A stretch of DNA of 64,000 nt from Candidatus Dadabacteria bacterium. Its GTDB lineage: Bacteria; Desulfobacterota_D; UBA1144; Nemesobacterales; Nemesobacteraceae. The stretch covers positions 488,198 to 552,197 of the forward strand of contig CATOTB010000001.1 of NCBI GenBank assembly GCA_951812945.1, read 5' to 3'. Made by a program: the position numbers and the translations under genes. This document shows positions 1 through 10,793 of the stretch, in pieces. The notes under the pieces were generated by a model, which searched no databases, was not told where the DNA came from, and was given only the letters and a program-made list of their open reading frames with translations. Position 1 is the stretch's first letter, and each line of letters starts with the position of its first letter.

Positions 1-1832
1 GGCCAGTGGTTGCAACTGTGCTGACCAATATCGCCGCGTTTACTCCCCTTCTTCTTGCCACGGGGCTGATCGGGCAGTTCCTTTCCATAATTCCCAAGGT
101 TGCGATCTTCGCTCTTTGCTTCTCCCTTTTCGAAGCCCTGGTGATCATGCCATCTCACTGCGCCAGATGGCTTCCGGCCAACGGCAGAACGAGACCTCCT
201 GGCGGAAACGCGGCGCTTCTGCGCGTAAGAGGCCTGTATTTGCGGGGACTTCTGTTTGCGCTTAGAAACCGCTATGCGGTAATAGGATGTTTCACGGTTA
301 TTTTTGCCGTTTCGGTCTTTATCTTTGTCCGAATTCCCAACGTGATGTTCTACCTTCATGATATCGAGGAGGTAATGGTGAGGGTTGAGAATCCCCCCTC
401 ATCCAGCCTGGAGAATACAGCTGCTTCCGTAGCCCAGGTGGAGGAAGCGGTGCGTCACAGTGTTCCCCCTCATGTTCTGAGGAACACTTTATCCATGGTT
501 GGCATCGATATGTCTGATCCTGACACTCTGTTTTCCACGGGAGACCACCTGGCCACGGTTCTGGTTGAATACGAGGATTACTCTGCCAGGAAAGAAAACG
601 CGGTCGAACTCTCTGAGATTGCGGAAAACAGAGCAAGGGAAACGGTTACGGGAGCTAAACAGGTTGATTTCCTCAAGACGACGGGTCCTCCTACCGGGAA
701 AGCGGTGGACGTCAAAATAATCGGAGATGACATACCGGTGCTGATGGAAATAGCTTCACGGGTCCGGGAGTTTTTGAGTAGTCAGCCGGGGGTGAGTGCT
801 GCGACTAGTAATCTTGTTTACGGAAAGCCCGAGGCGAGAGTTGAGATAGACGAAAGAAAAGCCGGGGTGTTCGGTATTGACAAGTGGAGTGTGTCGCGGG
901 AAATCAAGGCTCTTGGAGACGGTCTCACCGTTGCGAAGACCAGAGTGGGCGAGGAAGAGGCCGAGATAAATCTGCGATACGGAAGGGGGGATTCCAGTGT
1001 TTTCTCGGTGAAATCGCACCAGATCCCGACTCCTCTCGGGGAGCGGGTTCCTATCGGCACTGTGGCGGAGATAACAGACTCCAAGACACCGCTTGAGATA
1101 AGAAGGGAGAAACTTCGAAGAACAGTCACCGTAACAGCCGAAGTCGATACTCACACGACCACTTCAAGAGAGGTAAACGCAAATCTTTCGCGTCACCTCG
1201 GCAGTCTTCTAGAGAGCTACCCGGGCTACTCGTTTCGGTTCGCGGGGGAGGAGGAGCAATATACTCAGGCTATAAGCGACATAAAAAAGGCGTCGCTTTT
1301 GGCTTTACTTCTTATTTATCTCATTCTCGCAAGCATACTGCGCTCCGTCTTTCAGCCCTTTATAATAATGAGTGTGCTGCCTTTTTGTGTTACGGGAGTA
1401 ATCATAGCGATTCTGCTGCGCGGCGAACCCATGACGCTTCCCGCCATAATAGGAATGGTTGCGCTTCTGGGAATAGTGGTGAACGACAGTTTGCTGCTGC
1501 TGAATTTTATCAACCGGAGGGCGAAAAAGATGCCGAGCAAGGTAGTAGCGGTAGTATTTTCCGCCAGGTATCGTTTCCGCCCGATTGTTCTCACCACGCT
1601 TACGACTTTCTCGGGGCTTTTCTCCCTGATGTTCGCCTACAAGGGCCAGGCAGGCATTCTCGCTCCGATGGCGGCTTCCCTGGGATTCGGACTTGTTTTT
1701 TCGACCTTCGTCATACTTTACCTCGTACCCTGTCTTTATCTGGTTCTTGACGATGTTGCCAAGCGGTTTCGATATTTCACCCATCTGAGAACATTGGGAC
1801 CGGGAGGAAGAGACTCCCTGCAGGTTAGTTAA
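1..1832 (+). CDS. RND/HAE1-family efflux transporter permease (AcrB-like), C-terminal ~610 aa; 5' end lies outside window
   Basis: ORF open to the window edge; many hydrophobic TM segments and an AcrB-like C-terminal half. Confidence 0.8.
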   Translation, partial: PVVATVLTNIAAFTPLLLATGLIGQFLSIIPKVAIFALCFSLFEALVIMPSHCARWLPANGRTRPPGGNAALLRVRGLYLRGLLFALRNRYAVIGCFTVIFAVSVFIFVRIPNVMFYLHDIEEVMVRVENPPSSSLENTAASVAQVEEAVRHSVPPHVLRNTLSMVGIDMSDPDTLFSTGDHLATVLVEYEDYSARKENAVELSEIAENRARETVTGAKQVDFLKTTGPPTGKAVDVKIIGDDIPVLMEIASRVREFLSSQPGVSAATSNLVYGKPEARVEIDERKAGVFGIDKWSVSREIKALGDGLTVAKTRVGEEEAEINLRYGRGDSSVFSVKSHQIPTPLGERVPIGTVAEITDSKTPLEIRREKLRRTVTVTAEVDTHTTTSREVNANLSRHLGSLLESYPGYSFRFAGEEEQYTQAISDIKKASLLALLLIYLILASILRSVFQPFIIMSVLPFCVTGVIIAILLRGEPMTLPAIIGMVALLGIVVNDSLLLLNFINRRAKKMPSKVVAVVFSARYRFRPIVLTTLTTFSGLFSLMFAYKGQAGILAPMAASLGFGLVFSTFVILYLVPCLYLVLDDVAKRFRYFTHLRTLGPGGRDSLQVS

Positions 1833-2001
1833 TGACTGATTACCCGGTACAATTACAGGAAGAGTTTCCAGAGGCTTAGCAACTGGAAATCGGGTGGGAA
1901 AAGGTTGATCAGGAACCGTTATGCCTGATATTAGTGCGGCCGTTAGGGTGGTTCCGTCGCAGCGACGAAATACCGTGTTTCTTCTCAAATCGATTTTTCT
2001 A

Positions 2002-2028
2002 TTGACTAACAGCGGGCAAGTGTATAGT
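2002..2028 (+). promoter_or_regulatory. putative sigma70-type promoter (TTGACT-N15-TATAGT) upstream of gap
   Basis: hexamers read directly; spacer is only 15 nt, so weak. Confidence 0.25.
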
Positions 2029-2066
2029 TTTTGCGAAGTTCAAAGTCAAGTTTCGGAGGTTTTGCG

Positions 2067-3074
2067 ATGTCCATCAGGGTTGGAATAAACGGGTTTGGAA
2101 GAATAGGAAGACACGTACTCAGAATCGGTCTTGACAGAGAAGACCTTGAGTTCGTGGGCATAAACGATATTACAGACACCGAGACCCTAGCTCATCTTTT
2201 CAAGTATGATTCGGTGTTTGGTCGTTACCCGGGAGATGTCGAATACGACGGCGGGGGAATAACCGTAGATGGAAAATTCATAAAGGTGTTTTCTGAGAGA
2301 AACCCTGCAAATATTCCCTGGGCCGACACGGGGGCGCAGGTTGTGGCGGAAGCAAGCGGCATTTTCAGAACCCGCGAGGCCGCGGCGGCGCATATGGGCG
2401 ATACCGTTAAGAAGGTCATAATTACCGCGCCCGCAAGCGGCAAGGTGGATTTCACCACGGTAATGGGCATAAACGATCATGACTACGAGCCAGGAAGCCA
2501 CGACGTGATTTCAAATGCGTCCTGTACGACCAACTGCTTTGGCATGCTGGTCAAGGTTCTTCACGAGAATTTCGCGATCAGGCGGGGAGAGATGACCACG
2601 ATACATTCCTACACGAACGATCAGAGAATACTTGACACTCCCCACAAGGATAAACGAAGGGCAAGAGCGGCCGCACTTTCCATTATCCCCACCAGCACGG
2701 GGGCGGCAAATGCCATACAGATCGTCTTTCCAGAACTCAAGGGGAAACTCTCTGCGGTCGCGGTAAGAGTTCCTACACCCAACGTATCGCTTGTGGATTT
2801 CACCTGCGAAGTGGAAAAAGGGACTTCTACGGAAGAAGTAAACGCTAAATTCAAGGAAGCGGCAGAGGGAAATCTCGGTGGCTACCTCGCTTATGTCGAG
2901 GACGAGATCGTTTCTTCCGATCTTGTGGGAGATACTCATTCCTGCTCTTTTGACTCCATGCTGACTTCGGTGGTGGAGGATAGCCTGGTCAAGGTCGTCG
3001 CCTGGTATGACAACGAGTACGGATACACTTCCAGGGTAGTTGATCTTATAGAACTTGTCGGGAGAGAGCTTTGA
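2067..3074 (+). CDS. gap: type I glyceraldehyde-3-phosphate dehydrogenase
   Basis: MSIRVGINGFGRIGR NAD-binding N-terminus and SNASCTTNC active-site motif; GGAGG RBS before ATG 2067 (track ORF starts further upstream at 2031). Confidence 0.92.
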   Translation: MSIRVGINGFGRIGRHVLRIGLDREDLEFVGINDITDTETLAHLFKYDSVFGRYPGDVEYDGGGITVDGKFIKVFSERNPANIPWADTGAQVVAEASGIFRTREAAAAHMGDTVKKVIITAPASGKVDFTTVMGINDHDYEPGSHDVISNASCTTNCFGMLVKVLHENFAIRRGEMTTIHSYTNDQRILDTPHKDKRRARAAALSIIPTSTGAANAIQIVFPELKGKLSAVAVRVPTPNVSLVDFTCEVEKGTSTEEVNAKFKEAAEGNLGGYLAYVEDEIVSSDLVGDTHSCSFDSMLTSVVEDSLVKVVAWYDNEYGYTSRVVDLIELVGREL

Positions 3075-4267
3075 AAAAAAAGCTTCTTGTAACTGATCTC
3101 CCGGGCTCGCAGTACGAAGGGAAAAGAGTCTTCGTAAGGGTTGATTTCAACGTTCCCGTAAACGGCGGGGAAATAACTGAAGATTACAGAATAAGGCGTA
3201 CTATTCCCACAATTGATTACCTTACAAGATGCGGGGCTAGGGTAATACTCGCTTCCCATATGGGAAGACCTAAGGGACGCAGGATAGAGCATCTTTCCAT
3301 GGCTCCTGTGGCTGCCAGGCTCAACGAGTTTCTGGGAACCAAGATTCATTTCCCGGGTGCTGTTGTAGGCAGGAAAGTCGAGAACACCTCAAAAAGACTC
3401 AAAAACGGCGAGGTAATGCTCCTTGAAAACCTAAGGTACCACAACGAGGAACAGGAAAATGATGCGGATTTCTCGAAAAAACTCGCATCTTTAGCCGATA
3501 TCTACGTGAACGAGGCTTTTGGCACCTCGCACAGGGCCCACGCTTCCACTTATGGAATGACTGCTCACTTCGATAAAAAACTCGCGGGCCTCATGGTGGG
3601 AAACGAAATGAAGTTTCTCAGTCGTCTGATAAGAAGACCCAAGAAACCCTATGTGGTCATTGTCGGGGGAATGAAGATAAAGGACAAAATAGGAGCTCTC
3701 AAGAACATAATCAAGAAGGCGGACAAAGTTCTTATAGGCGGCGGGGTGGCCTATACTTTCTTGGCGGCATGCGGGATGAGTGTCGGGAAATGTTCTGTGG
3801 AAAACGAGATGCTTTACTGGGCCCGGGACGCTCTTAACACCTACAAGGAGAAGATTCTTCTGCCCGTTGACCACGTGATGGCCGAGGCTGCCGGGGGCAA
3901 GAAAACACTTGCGGTTACGAGTTCAGAGATTCTCGATGACATGACGGCTTTTGACATAGGACCGAAGACGGTGGAGAAATTCACCTCTCATATAAAGGGA
4001 GAGGGTACAGTCTTCTGGAACGGTCCCATGGGATTTTTCGAGTTGGACGATTTCTCAAACGGCACAAGCGCTATCGCCAGATCGTTCGCACTTGCCACGT
4101 GGAGGGGAGCCATCACGGTTCTCGGAGGAGGGGACAGCGTGGCAGCGCTTAAAAAGTCCGGGGTCAAGTTTTCTGAAGCAACCCACGTTTCGACCGGGGG
4201 CGGTGCCTGTTTCGAGTTCCTCGGAGGATCCGACCTCCCGGGAATATCAATTCTCAGTGACAGCTAA
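3071..4267 (+). CDS. pgk: phosphoglycerate kinase
   Basis: PGK N-terminal motif RVDFNVP; TTG start overlaps the gap stop (TTGA). Confidence 0.92.
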   Translation: MKKKLLVTDLPGSQYEGKRVFVRVDFNVPVNGGEITEDYRIRRTIPTIDYLTRCGARVILASHMGRPKGRRIEHLSMAPVAARLNEFLGTKIHFPGAVVGRKVENTSKRLKNGEVMLLENLRYHNEEQENDADFSKKLASLADIYVNEAFGTSHRAHASTYGMTAHFDKKLAGLMVGNEMKFLSRLIRRPKKPYVVIVGGMKIKDKIGALKNIIKKADKVLIGGGVAYTFLAACGMSVGKCSVENEMLYWARDALNTYKEKILLPVDHVMAEAAGGKKTLAVTSSEILDDMTAFDIGPKTVEKFTSHIKGEGTVFWNGPMGFFELDDFSNGTSAIARSFALATWRGAITVLGGGDSVAALKKSGVKFSEATHVSTGGGACFEFLGGSDLPGISILSDS

Positions 4268-4321
4268 GGTCTGATCAGGTATCTATTTCCGTAGAATCTG
4301 AAATTTTTCAGGGGTGAACTC

Positions 4322-5395
4322 ATGGCTATAAAGGAACTTAAGGGAATTGATAAGGTACAGGCGTTGTTGGGAGAGGATTCGGAATACCTGCTCGGCCACA
4401 AGTGTGCGACTATAAGCAAAAAAAGCCTTTATCTTCCAAGCCCGGATTACGTAGACGAGGTCTTCGTCCAGAACGACCGCTCGCCCGCGGTGATAAGAAA
4501 CCTGCAGACCATCCTTAACCACGGTCGTCTCGGGGGGACGGGATACGTATCCATCCTGCCGGTCGACCAAGGGATTGAGCATTCGGCTGGAGCCTCTTTT
4601 GCGGTGAATCCGCTCTATTTCGATCCTGAGAACATAGTTAAGCTTGCCATTGAGGGAGGGTGTAACGCCGTGGCCTCGACCGTGGGAGCGCTGGGTTCGG
4701 TTTCAAGAAAATACGCGCACAAAATCCCTTTCATAGCAAAAATCAACCACAATGAGCTGTTAAGCTATCCTAATACTTTCGATCAGATTCTTTTCGGGAA
4801 CGTAGACCAGGCTTTTCAGATGGGAGCAGTGGCAGTCGGGGCGACGATATATTTCGGCTCCGAGGAAAGTTCCCGCCAGATCGAGGAAATATCCGAGGTT
4901 TTCAGCCACGCCCATTCCCTGGGACTCGCGACCATACTCTGGGCTTATCTGAGGAACCCGGCTTTCAAGCAGGATGAGGCTGATTATCATGTGTCCGCTG
5001 ATCTCACGGGGCAGGCGAACCATCTCTCGGTAAGTGTAGGAGCCGATATAGTCAAGCAGAAGCTTCCGGAAAACAACGGCGGTTTCACGGCCCTCTCCTT
5101 CGGAAAGACCCACGAGCGCGTTTATTCGAAACTGACTTCCGATCACCCCATAGACCTTACCCGCTACCAGCTTGCCAACTGCTATATGGGAAGGATAGGG
5201 CTTATAAATTCTGGGGGTGCCTCAGGCTCGGACGATCTTGGAGACGCGGTGAGAACTGCCATTATAAACAAAAGGGCCGGAGGGATGGGGCTCATAAGCG
5301 GGAGAAAGTCTTTCCAGAAACCAATGAAGGAAGGCGTTGCGCTTCTGAAAAGCATTCAGAATATCTATCTGGAGAAAGAAATCACGATTGCCTGA
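4322..5395 (+). CDS. fbaB: class I fructose-bisphosphate aldolase (FbaB/DhnA-type)
   Basis: about 357 aa and similar across its length to DhnA-type class I aldolases; AGGGGTG RBS. Confidence 0.75.
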   Translation: MAIKELKGIDKVQALLGEDSEYLLGHKCATISKKSLYLPSPDYVDEVFVQNDRSPAVIRNLQTILNHGRLGGTGYVSILPVDQGIEHSAGASFAVNPLYFDPENIVKLAIEGGCNAVASTVGALGSVSRKYAHKIPFIAKINHNELLSYPNTFDQILFGNVDQAFQMGAVAVGATIYFGSEESSRQIEEISEVFSHAHSLGLATILWAYLRNPAFKQDEADYHVSADLTGQANHLSVSVGADIVKQKLPENNGGFTALSFGKTHERVYSKLTSDHPIDLTRYQLANCYMGRIGLINSGGASGSDDLGDAVRTAIINKRAGGMGLISGRKSFQKPMKEGVALLKSIQNIYLEKEITIA

Positions 5396-5405
5396 GCGCC
5401 CGGGC

Positions 5406-6455
5406 TTACTTGAAGTGACCTATTACTTCCCCTGCGAGCGTGTCGAATGAGTACTCAAGATCGGGGCTGAAATCCCTGATTATGAAGTGAGTGACTCCGG
5501 CTTCTATGTATTCCTCGAACCTTTTTATTGCGTCGCCGGCCGTTCCGTAAATTACGAAATCAGACAATATCTCCCGGGTATAGTATGTTTCTCCCATCTG
5601 CCGGAATCTGGTTAGCATGTCCTGGTCGTTGGGCATTATGCTTGTGTAGGAAAGCCCCTTGTACTTGGGATCTATTTTTAGGTCATACCCGGCTTCCTCT
5701 ATGACGTCCGGCCAGATTATTGCGTGCTTTATTCTGTCCAAGGTCTCGTAGGCCGCGTCCCTGTCTCTGGCGATGGACACGAAAATGTATATGCACTTTT
5801 CAAAGTTCTCCGGGGCAACGGGATTCTTGCTCATGGCTTTCTCTACTTCGCCGAGCTTGCTCGAAAAAACCCATGTGGGCATTGCGTTTGTCACCCAGCC
5901 GTTTCCAAGCGCGCCGGCGACCCCTAGAGCTTTCGGTCCGGTTGCGGCTATGTATACCGGAACTTCTCCGTTAACCGGGCTTATCCTTACCTCGGCTTCA
6001 CTAAGAGAGTAGAATTCTCCCTGAAAAGTCACCGTTTCCCCCGCCCATAACTGTCTCATAAGCGGTACGGATTCCCGCAGACGCGCAAGAGGCTTGTTCC
6101 AGCTTATACCGTAGTAGTCAAGATTCATTTTTTCCCCATATCCAAGACAGCTGAACGCTCTCCCCCCTGAGAGGTTGTCTATGGTCGCGAGTCTGTGAGC
6201 GAACATTGCGGGATGTGATCTGTGAGGATCCCCTATGGCTCCGAGCCGGATTCTGTCCGTTTTTACTGCCGCGGCCGTGATTACTGACCACACTTCCGGA
6301 GTCAGTTTTTTCGCCATAAACAGTATGTGGTCAGGAAACCATACGGCGTCGAAGCCGGCTGCCTCGCAGTTGACGGCGAAATCCACAAGTTCCGTAACCG
6401 GCTTGCCCGGAAGGGGTGCGGTAAGCCCGAAGCTTATTTTTTCACCCATTTTCAC
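5406..6455 (-). CDS. LLM-class (luciferase-like) flavin/F420-dependent oxidoreductase
   Basis: luciferase-like monooxygenase family pattern over the full length; overlaps the fbp stop by 4 nt. Confidence 0.7.
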   Translation of the reverse strand: MKMGEKISFGLTAPLPGKPVTELVDFAVNCEAAGFDAVWFPDHILFMAKKLTPEVWSVITAAAVKTDRIRLGAIGDPHRSHPAMFAHRLATIDNLSGGRAFSCLGYGEKMNLDYYGISWNKPLARLRESVPLMRQLWAGETVTFQGEFYSLSEAEVRISPVNGEVPVYIAATGPKALGVAGALGNGWVTNAMPTWVFSSKLGEVEKAMSKNPVAPENFEKCIYIFVSIARDRDAAYETLDRIKHAIIWPDVIEEAGYDLKIDPKYKGLSYTSIMPNDQDMLTRFRQMGETYYTREILSDFVIYGTAGDAIKRFEEYIEAGVTHFIIRDFSPDLEYSFDTLAGEVIGHFK

Positions 6456-7471
6456 TCCTCCTCAGGTTCTTTGGTGTCTTTTAAGAAGTTGAGAAACTTG
6501 CTTACCATGTTGTAGGAACCGATATATATGGGGGCTCTCTGGTGAAGTTCCGTAGGCTGAATGTCAAGCGTTCTTTCCGTTCCGCTTGACGAGGCTCCTC
6601 CTGCCTGTTCCACGATGAAGGCCATCGGATTGCACTCGTAGAGAAGCCTGAGTTTTCCGTTCGGAGAATCTGTGGTCTTCGGATAAATGAATATTCCTCC
6701 CTTGAGGAGGTTTCTGTGAATATCGGCGACCATGGATCCGACGTACCTGAGCGAGAGATTGGAGCTGTTTTCTCCGTCCCTGCAGTAGTCGAGATACTCC
6801 TTTACCCTCTTGGGAAATTTGGAATAATTGTAGTAGTTAACCGAGAAGATATTGCCGTGGCTAGGAATCTTTATGTTTGGATGGGAGAGGCAGAATTCTC
6901 CTATTGACGGATCAAGCGTAAACCCGTTTACTCCGTGGCCGGTAGTGTATACGAGCATGGTTGAAGAACCGTATATTATGTATCCTGCGGCCGTCTGGGC
7001 CTTGCCCGGCTGCAGGAAATCCTCCATGAGGCAAGGGGAGAACATCTTCGAAGTTCTTCTGTATACGGAGAATATGGTCCCCACTGACACGTTTACGTCT
7101 ATATTGGAGGACCCGTCAAGAGGATCCATAGCTATGACGTATTTTGAGGTCTTCGATTTCTCGTCTGAAAAAGCTATGAAATCCTCGTTTTCCTCAGACG
7201 CCACTCCAGCGCATTCACCGCCATGTTCAAGTGCAGTCAGAAACCTTTCGTTCGCGTAGGAATCGAGCTTTCTTACCTCTTCTCCTTGGATGTTTACCTG
7301 GCCCGTTTTGCCCAGGATCTCAGCGACAAGACCGGCTTTGTTCACTTCCCTGTGAACTATTTTCGCCGCAAACCCTATGTCTCGAAGCAGCCTTGAGAGC
7401 TCCCCGGTGGAATAGGGAAATTCATACTGATTTCTTATAATAAATTCGTCAAGAGTAGTTATCGAAACCAT
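6452..7471 (-). CDS. fbp: class 1 fructose-1,6-bisphosphatase
   Basis: FBPase class I motifs ([17 protein letters not shown]). Confidence 0.88.
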   Translation of the reverse strand: MVSITTLDEFIIRNQYEFPYSTGELSRLLRDIGFAAKIVHREVNKAGLVAEILGKTGQVNIQGEEVRKLDSYANERFLTALEHGGECAGVASEENEDFIAFSDEKSKTSKYVIAMDPLDGSSNIDVNVSVGTIFSVYRRTSKMFSPCLMEDFLQPGKAQTAAGYIIYGSSTMLVYTTGHGVNGFTLDPSIGEFCLSHPNIKIPSHGNIFSVNYYNYSKFPKRVKEYLDYCRDGENSSNLSLRYVGSMVADIHRNLLKGGIFIYPKTTDSPNGKLRLLYECNPMAFIVEQAGGASSSGTERTLDIQPTELHQRAPIYIGSYNMVSKFLNFLKDTKEPEEE

Positions 7472-7671
7472 GTTGCGAGTTGTTCTAGAGAACGGCCGTG
7501 GACAAAAATCCTTCCTTTAAAAGTTTAACTGAATCGGTGGAGTTAATTAAGGGAATATTGATTAATGATGATCGGGGGAAATCACTTCGGCCTGAGAAGT
7601 CCACAGGCTTGCGGGGTCCTTAGGTGGTGTCGCGAAGAAGACAGCTGTAAATATCAAGAGGTCATCCCACC

Positions 7672-8208
7672 TCATTCAAAGTCTTGCTCTCGTTTTCCTT
7701 CCCGCAGTTCCCGCAGTTTTTCCAGGCTTTCGTCAAGGTTATCCGGCGCCTGTTCCCTGATAATGTTATATCCGGTAACAATTTTGGGAGCCAGAACGGA
7801 ATTCTTGATGAAAGGAGCATCCTCATCAACAAACTGCTTGACCCCGGTTACCAGGAGGTAGCAGAGCAGCAGACCGATTATGAATCCCAGCGCCCCGCCG
7901 AGGAGGTGGTTAAACCATCCCATTTTAATTTTTTCCAGCAGGTCCGTCAGGAAATGCGAGAGATAGTGTATAAGCATGTATGCGAGACATGCTACGATCA
8001 GAAATCCCAGGATGTCCGCGATTTTCGGTTCGGCGATAATGTTTTTTTCAAGCAGAATAGTGCCCAGAGGCTCATAGAAAAAAAAGCCCAGCGCTACTCC
8101 CCCTATTATGGCGGTCAGGGAGAAAACCTGCTTTATAAGGCCTGATCTGAGTCCTGCCCCGAAACAGACCAAGATCATGAATAAGAGTAGGATATCGAAC
8201 AGGTTCAA
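7672..8208 (-). CDS. cvpA: CvpA family membrane protein
   Basis: polytopic N-terminus typical of CvpA, about 178 aa. Confidence 0.75.
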   Translation of the reverse strand: MNLFDILLLFMILVCFGAGLRSGLIKQVFSLTAIIGGVALGFFFYEPLGTILLEKNIIAEPKIADILGFLIVACLAYMLIHYLSHFLTDLLEKIKMGWFNHLLGGALGFIIGLLLCYLLVTGVKQFVDEDAPFIKNSVLAPKIVTGYNIIREQAPDNLDESLEKLRELREGKREQDFE

Positions 8209-8338
8209 ATCGGTTTACCGTTACACTCTTGCGGACTGTATTACGAAAAATTTCATTTAAAAAAGGAAACTTACATCAGGTTAGGGGCAGTGTCCAGTCT
8301 TTGACTTGTCGGGTTCGTTCATATAGTCTAACCGTCCG

Positions 8339-9322
8339 ATGGAGTTCTCGGACATACTTGAGATAATTCACCCCAGCCTTGCGGAAACGGAAAGGAAAAT
8401 CGATGAATCCATAAAATCCGACGTTCCGCTGGTTTATGAGATAGCCAGGTATCTGCTTGGTGGGGGAGGAAAGAGAATCAGGCCTTCTTTGGTTCTTCTC
8501 TCAAGTGCGGCCTGCGGGCTTACCGATGGGAAAAACCGGATTGCGGCCGCCGCGGGCATTGAACTTTTCCATGCCGGCACGCTTTTTCACGACGACGTGG
8601 TCGACCAGGCGGAATTCAGAAGGGGAAACGCCTCTTCCAATATGGTCTGGGGAAACAAGCCCACCGTGCTCGTAGGGGATTTTATGCTGGCGCGGGGTCT
8701 TGAACTTATATACAGCTGCGGCAGCCTTGAACTCCTGAGAGTCATTTCCAGAGCCTCATCGCGTCTTGCCGAGGGACATGTGCTCGAGATCATGAGCGAA
8801 AGAAAGATGATTGAAATTTCAGAGGATTTCTGTTTTTCCGTAATTGATCACAAAACGGCGGCGCTCATTGAATGCTCGACCGAGACCGGAGCGCTTTTAG
8901 CTAATAGTTCGAACGGAGCGGTTAAAGCCCTTTCGCACTACGGCCACAACATAGGAATAGCGTTTCAGCTTATAGACGATGCGCTTGATTACTGCTCCGA
9001 GGAAAACAAATTCGGAAAAAAGACCGGCCAAGACCTAGCTGAACGCAAGATGACCCTTCCGCTTTACTATTCCATTGAAAATTCCCCGAAAGATGTAAGA
9101 CGCAAAGTGATCGAAACGCTTGATAAGGAAGATGACCTCGATAGTTCTGAAATAGCGGAAATAACGGAAGTTGTAAGCCACTACCGGGGAGTGGATATTA
9201 CCAAGCAGCGGGCAAAAGAGTTTGTAGTCGAGGCCAAAAAATCTCTGGATGCGATAGCGAAGAGCGATTATAAAGAATCCCTCGATAACCTTGCCGATTA
9301 CGTGGCTGAGAGAAATTTCTGA
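8339..9322 (+). CDS. ispB: polyprenyl diphosphate synthase (IspB/octaprenyl-type)
   Basis: two Asp-rich motifs (FHDDVVD, IDDALD) of trans-prenyltransferases. Confidence 0.85.
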   Translation: MEFSDILEIIHPSLAETERKIDESIKSDVPLVYEIARYLLGGGGKRIRPSLVLLSSAACGLTDGKNRIAAAAGIELFHAGTLFHDDVVDQAEFRRGNASSNMVWGNKPTVLVGDFMLARGLELIYSCGSLELLRVISRASSRLAEGHVLEIMSERKMIEISEDFCFSVIDHKTAALIECSTETGALLANSSNGAVKALSHYGHNIGIAFQLIDDALDYCSEENKFGKKTGQDLAERKMTLPLYYSIENSPKDVRRKVIETLDKEDDLDSSEIAEITEVVSHYRGVDITKQRAKEFVVEAKKSLDAIAKSDYKESLDNLADYVAERNF

Positions 9323-9771
9323 TAGTAACGGTCAAGCGCAAGACCCATGACATAGGCGTCTCCCCTTCCCCTGCCGTAGTAGTTCTTGCGTGTTCTTATG
9401 ATTTCGAACCCGAGTTTTTTATAAAGCTCGATCGCCGGGGCATTTGTCGTTCTTACTTCGAGAATGACGGAGAGGGCTCCCATTTTTTCGTAAAAATTAA
9501 ACGTGTCAGAGAGCAGTTCAATCGCTACTCCCTTTCTTCTGTGGCAGCGTGACACGGCGATTTTAAACACGTGAATTTCGTCGTAAATAAGAGTGGATAT
9601 TGAATAGCCTGCGACCTCTTCGTCTCTTCCGTTTATAGCGATATTGCAGAAAAACCCCGGCTTTTTAATGTAATCTGCGAGTATCTGTTTCGGCCACGGG
9701 GTAATAAAGGAATCGTTTTCGATTTCCACGATCTGGTTTATGTGCTTCGGTGAAACGGATTTTATAATCAT
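9298..9771 (-). CDS. rimI: ribosomal-protein-alanine N-acetyltransferase (GNAT)
   Basis: GNAT motif RRKGVAIELL; about 157 aa, RimI-like. Confidence 0.75.
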   Translation of the reverse strand: MIIKSVSPKHINQIVEIENDSFITPWPKQILADYIKKPGFFCNIAINGRDEEVAGYSISTLIYDEIHVFKIAVSRCHRRKGVAIELLSDTFNFYEKMGALSVILEVRTTNAPAIELYKKLGFEIIRTRKNYYGRGRGDAYVMGLALDRYYQKFLSAT

Positions 9772-9785
9772 TCTTCTTGTGCCGG

Positions 9786-10793
9786 CTAAGGCAAGCGAAG
9801 TTTTTCAAAGTAAAGGTCTAGCAGATTCGCGGCTCCGGTATAGGGATCCGTTTTCCCTTCCATCACTTTTTTCTCCACTTCGCCGAGCGTTTTTTTGACC
9901 GAAACGTTTTCGTAAAAACTGTCCTCAAGATTCTGGATCAGTACCTCGTGCAGGCGGTATTTCGCCTGCTTTCTTCTTTTTTCCGCAAAGTATCCGTTTT
10001 CTCTGCAGAGTTTTTCATACTCCGTGACGCATTGCCAGATTTCCTTTATTCCGTAGCCCGTGACGGATGAGCAGGCGTGAGCCTTGGGAATCCATCCGGA
10101 TTCTGGCGGTCTGTGAAATCTCAGCGCCTCTTCCATCTCCTGTTTCATAAGCTCCGCTTTTTTCTTGTTTCTTCCATCCGCTTTGGTTATCAATACGGCG
10201 TCAGCGCGCTCGATTATTCCCTTTTTTATTCCCTGGATGTCATCTCCCGCCCCGGTAATCATGAGCAGCATGAAGAAATCGACCATTGAGTGGCAGGTAA
10301 TTTCGGACTGTCCAACTCCCACCGTCTCTATAAAGATCGTGTCGAATCCCGCCGCCTCGCAGAGAATCACGGCATCGCTTGTCTTTTTTGCAACTCCTCC
10401 CAGGGAACCGGCTGACGGGGAAGGCCTTATGTAGACGTTTTCGTGCCGGGAAAGTTCCTGCATTCTGAGCTTGTCGCCGAGAACGCTTCCTCCGGTTTCG
10501 CTGCTTGTGGGGTCAATTGCGAGCACCGCTATCTTTTTTCCGCGCTCGTGCGCCAGATAGAGACCCAGAGATTCTATGAAGCTGCTCTTTCCGACTCCCG
10601 GTATGCCCGTAATTCCTACTCTTATGGATTTTCCGGACCGTGGCAGACACCACGTGATTATTTCCCGCGCAAGCTTCTTGTGCTCAGGCAGGGTGCTCTC
10701 GGCGAGGGTTATCGCCCTGCTCAGAACGGGTATTTCTCCCTTGGCTATGCCCCGGCGGTAGGTTTCCGCTTCTGTCTTTCTGCGCGACGTCAT
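9786..10793 (-). CDS. meaB: methylmalonyl-CoA mutase-associated GTPase MeaB/ArgK
   Basis: P-loop GIPGVGKSS and MeaB family pattern; start overlaps the mutB stop. Confidence 0.88.
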   Translation of the reverse strand: MTSRRKTEAETYRRGIAKGEIPVLSRAITLAESTLPEHKKLAREIITWCLPRSGKSIRVGITGIPGVGKSSFIESLGLYLAHERGKKIAVLAIDPTSSETGGSVLGDKLRMQELSRHENVYIRPSPSAGSLGGVAKKTSDAVILCEAAGFDTIFIETVGVGQSEITCHSMVDFFMLLMITGAGDDIQGIKKGIIERADAVLITKADGRNKKKAELMKQEMEEALRFHRPPESGWIPKAHACSSVTGYGIKEIWQCVTEYEKLCRENGYFAEKRRKQAKYRLHEVLIQNLEDSFYENVSVKKTLGEVEKKVMEGKTDPYTGAANLLDLYFEKLRLP

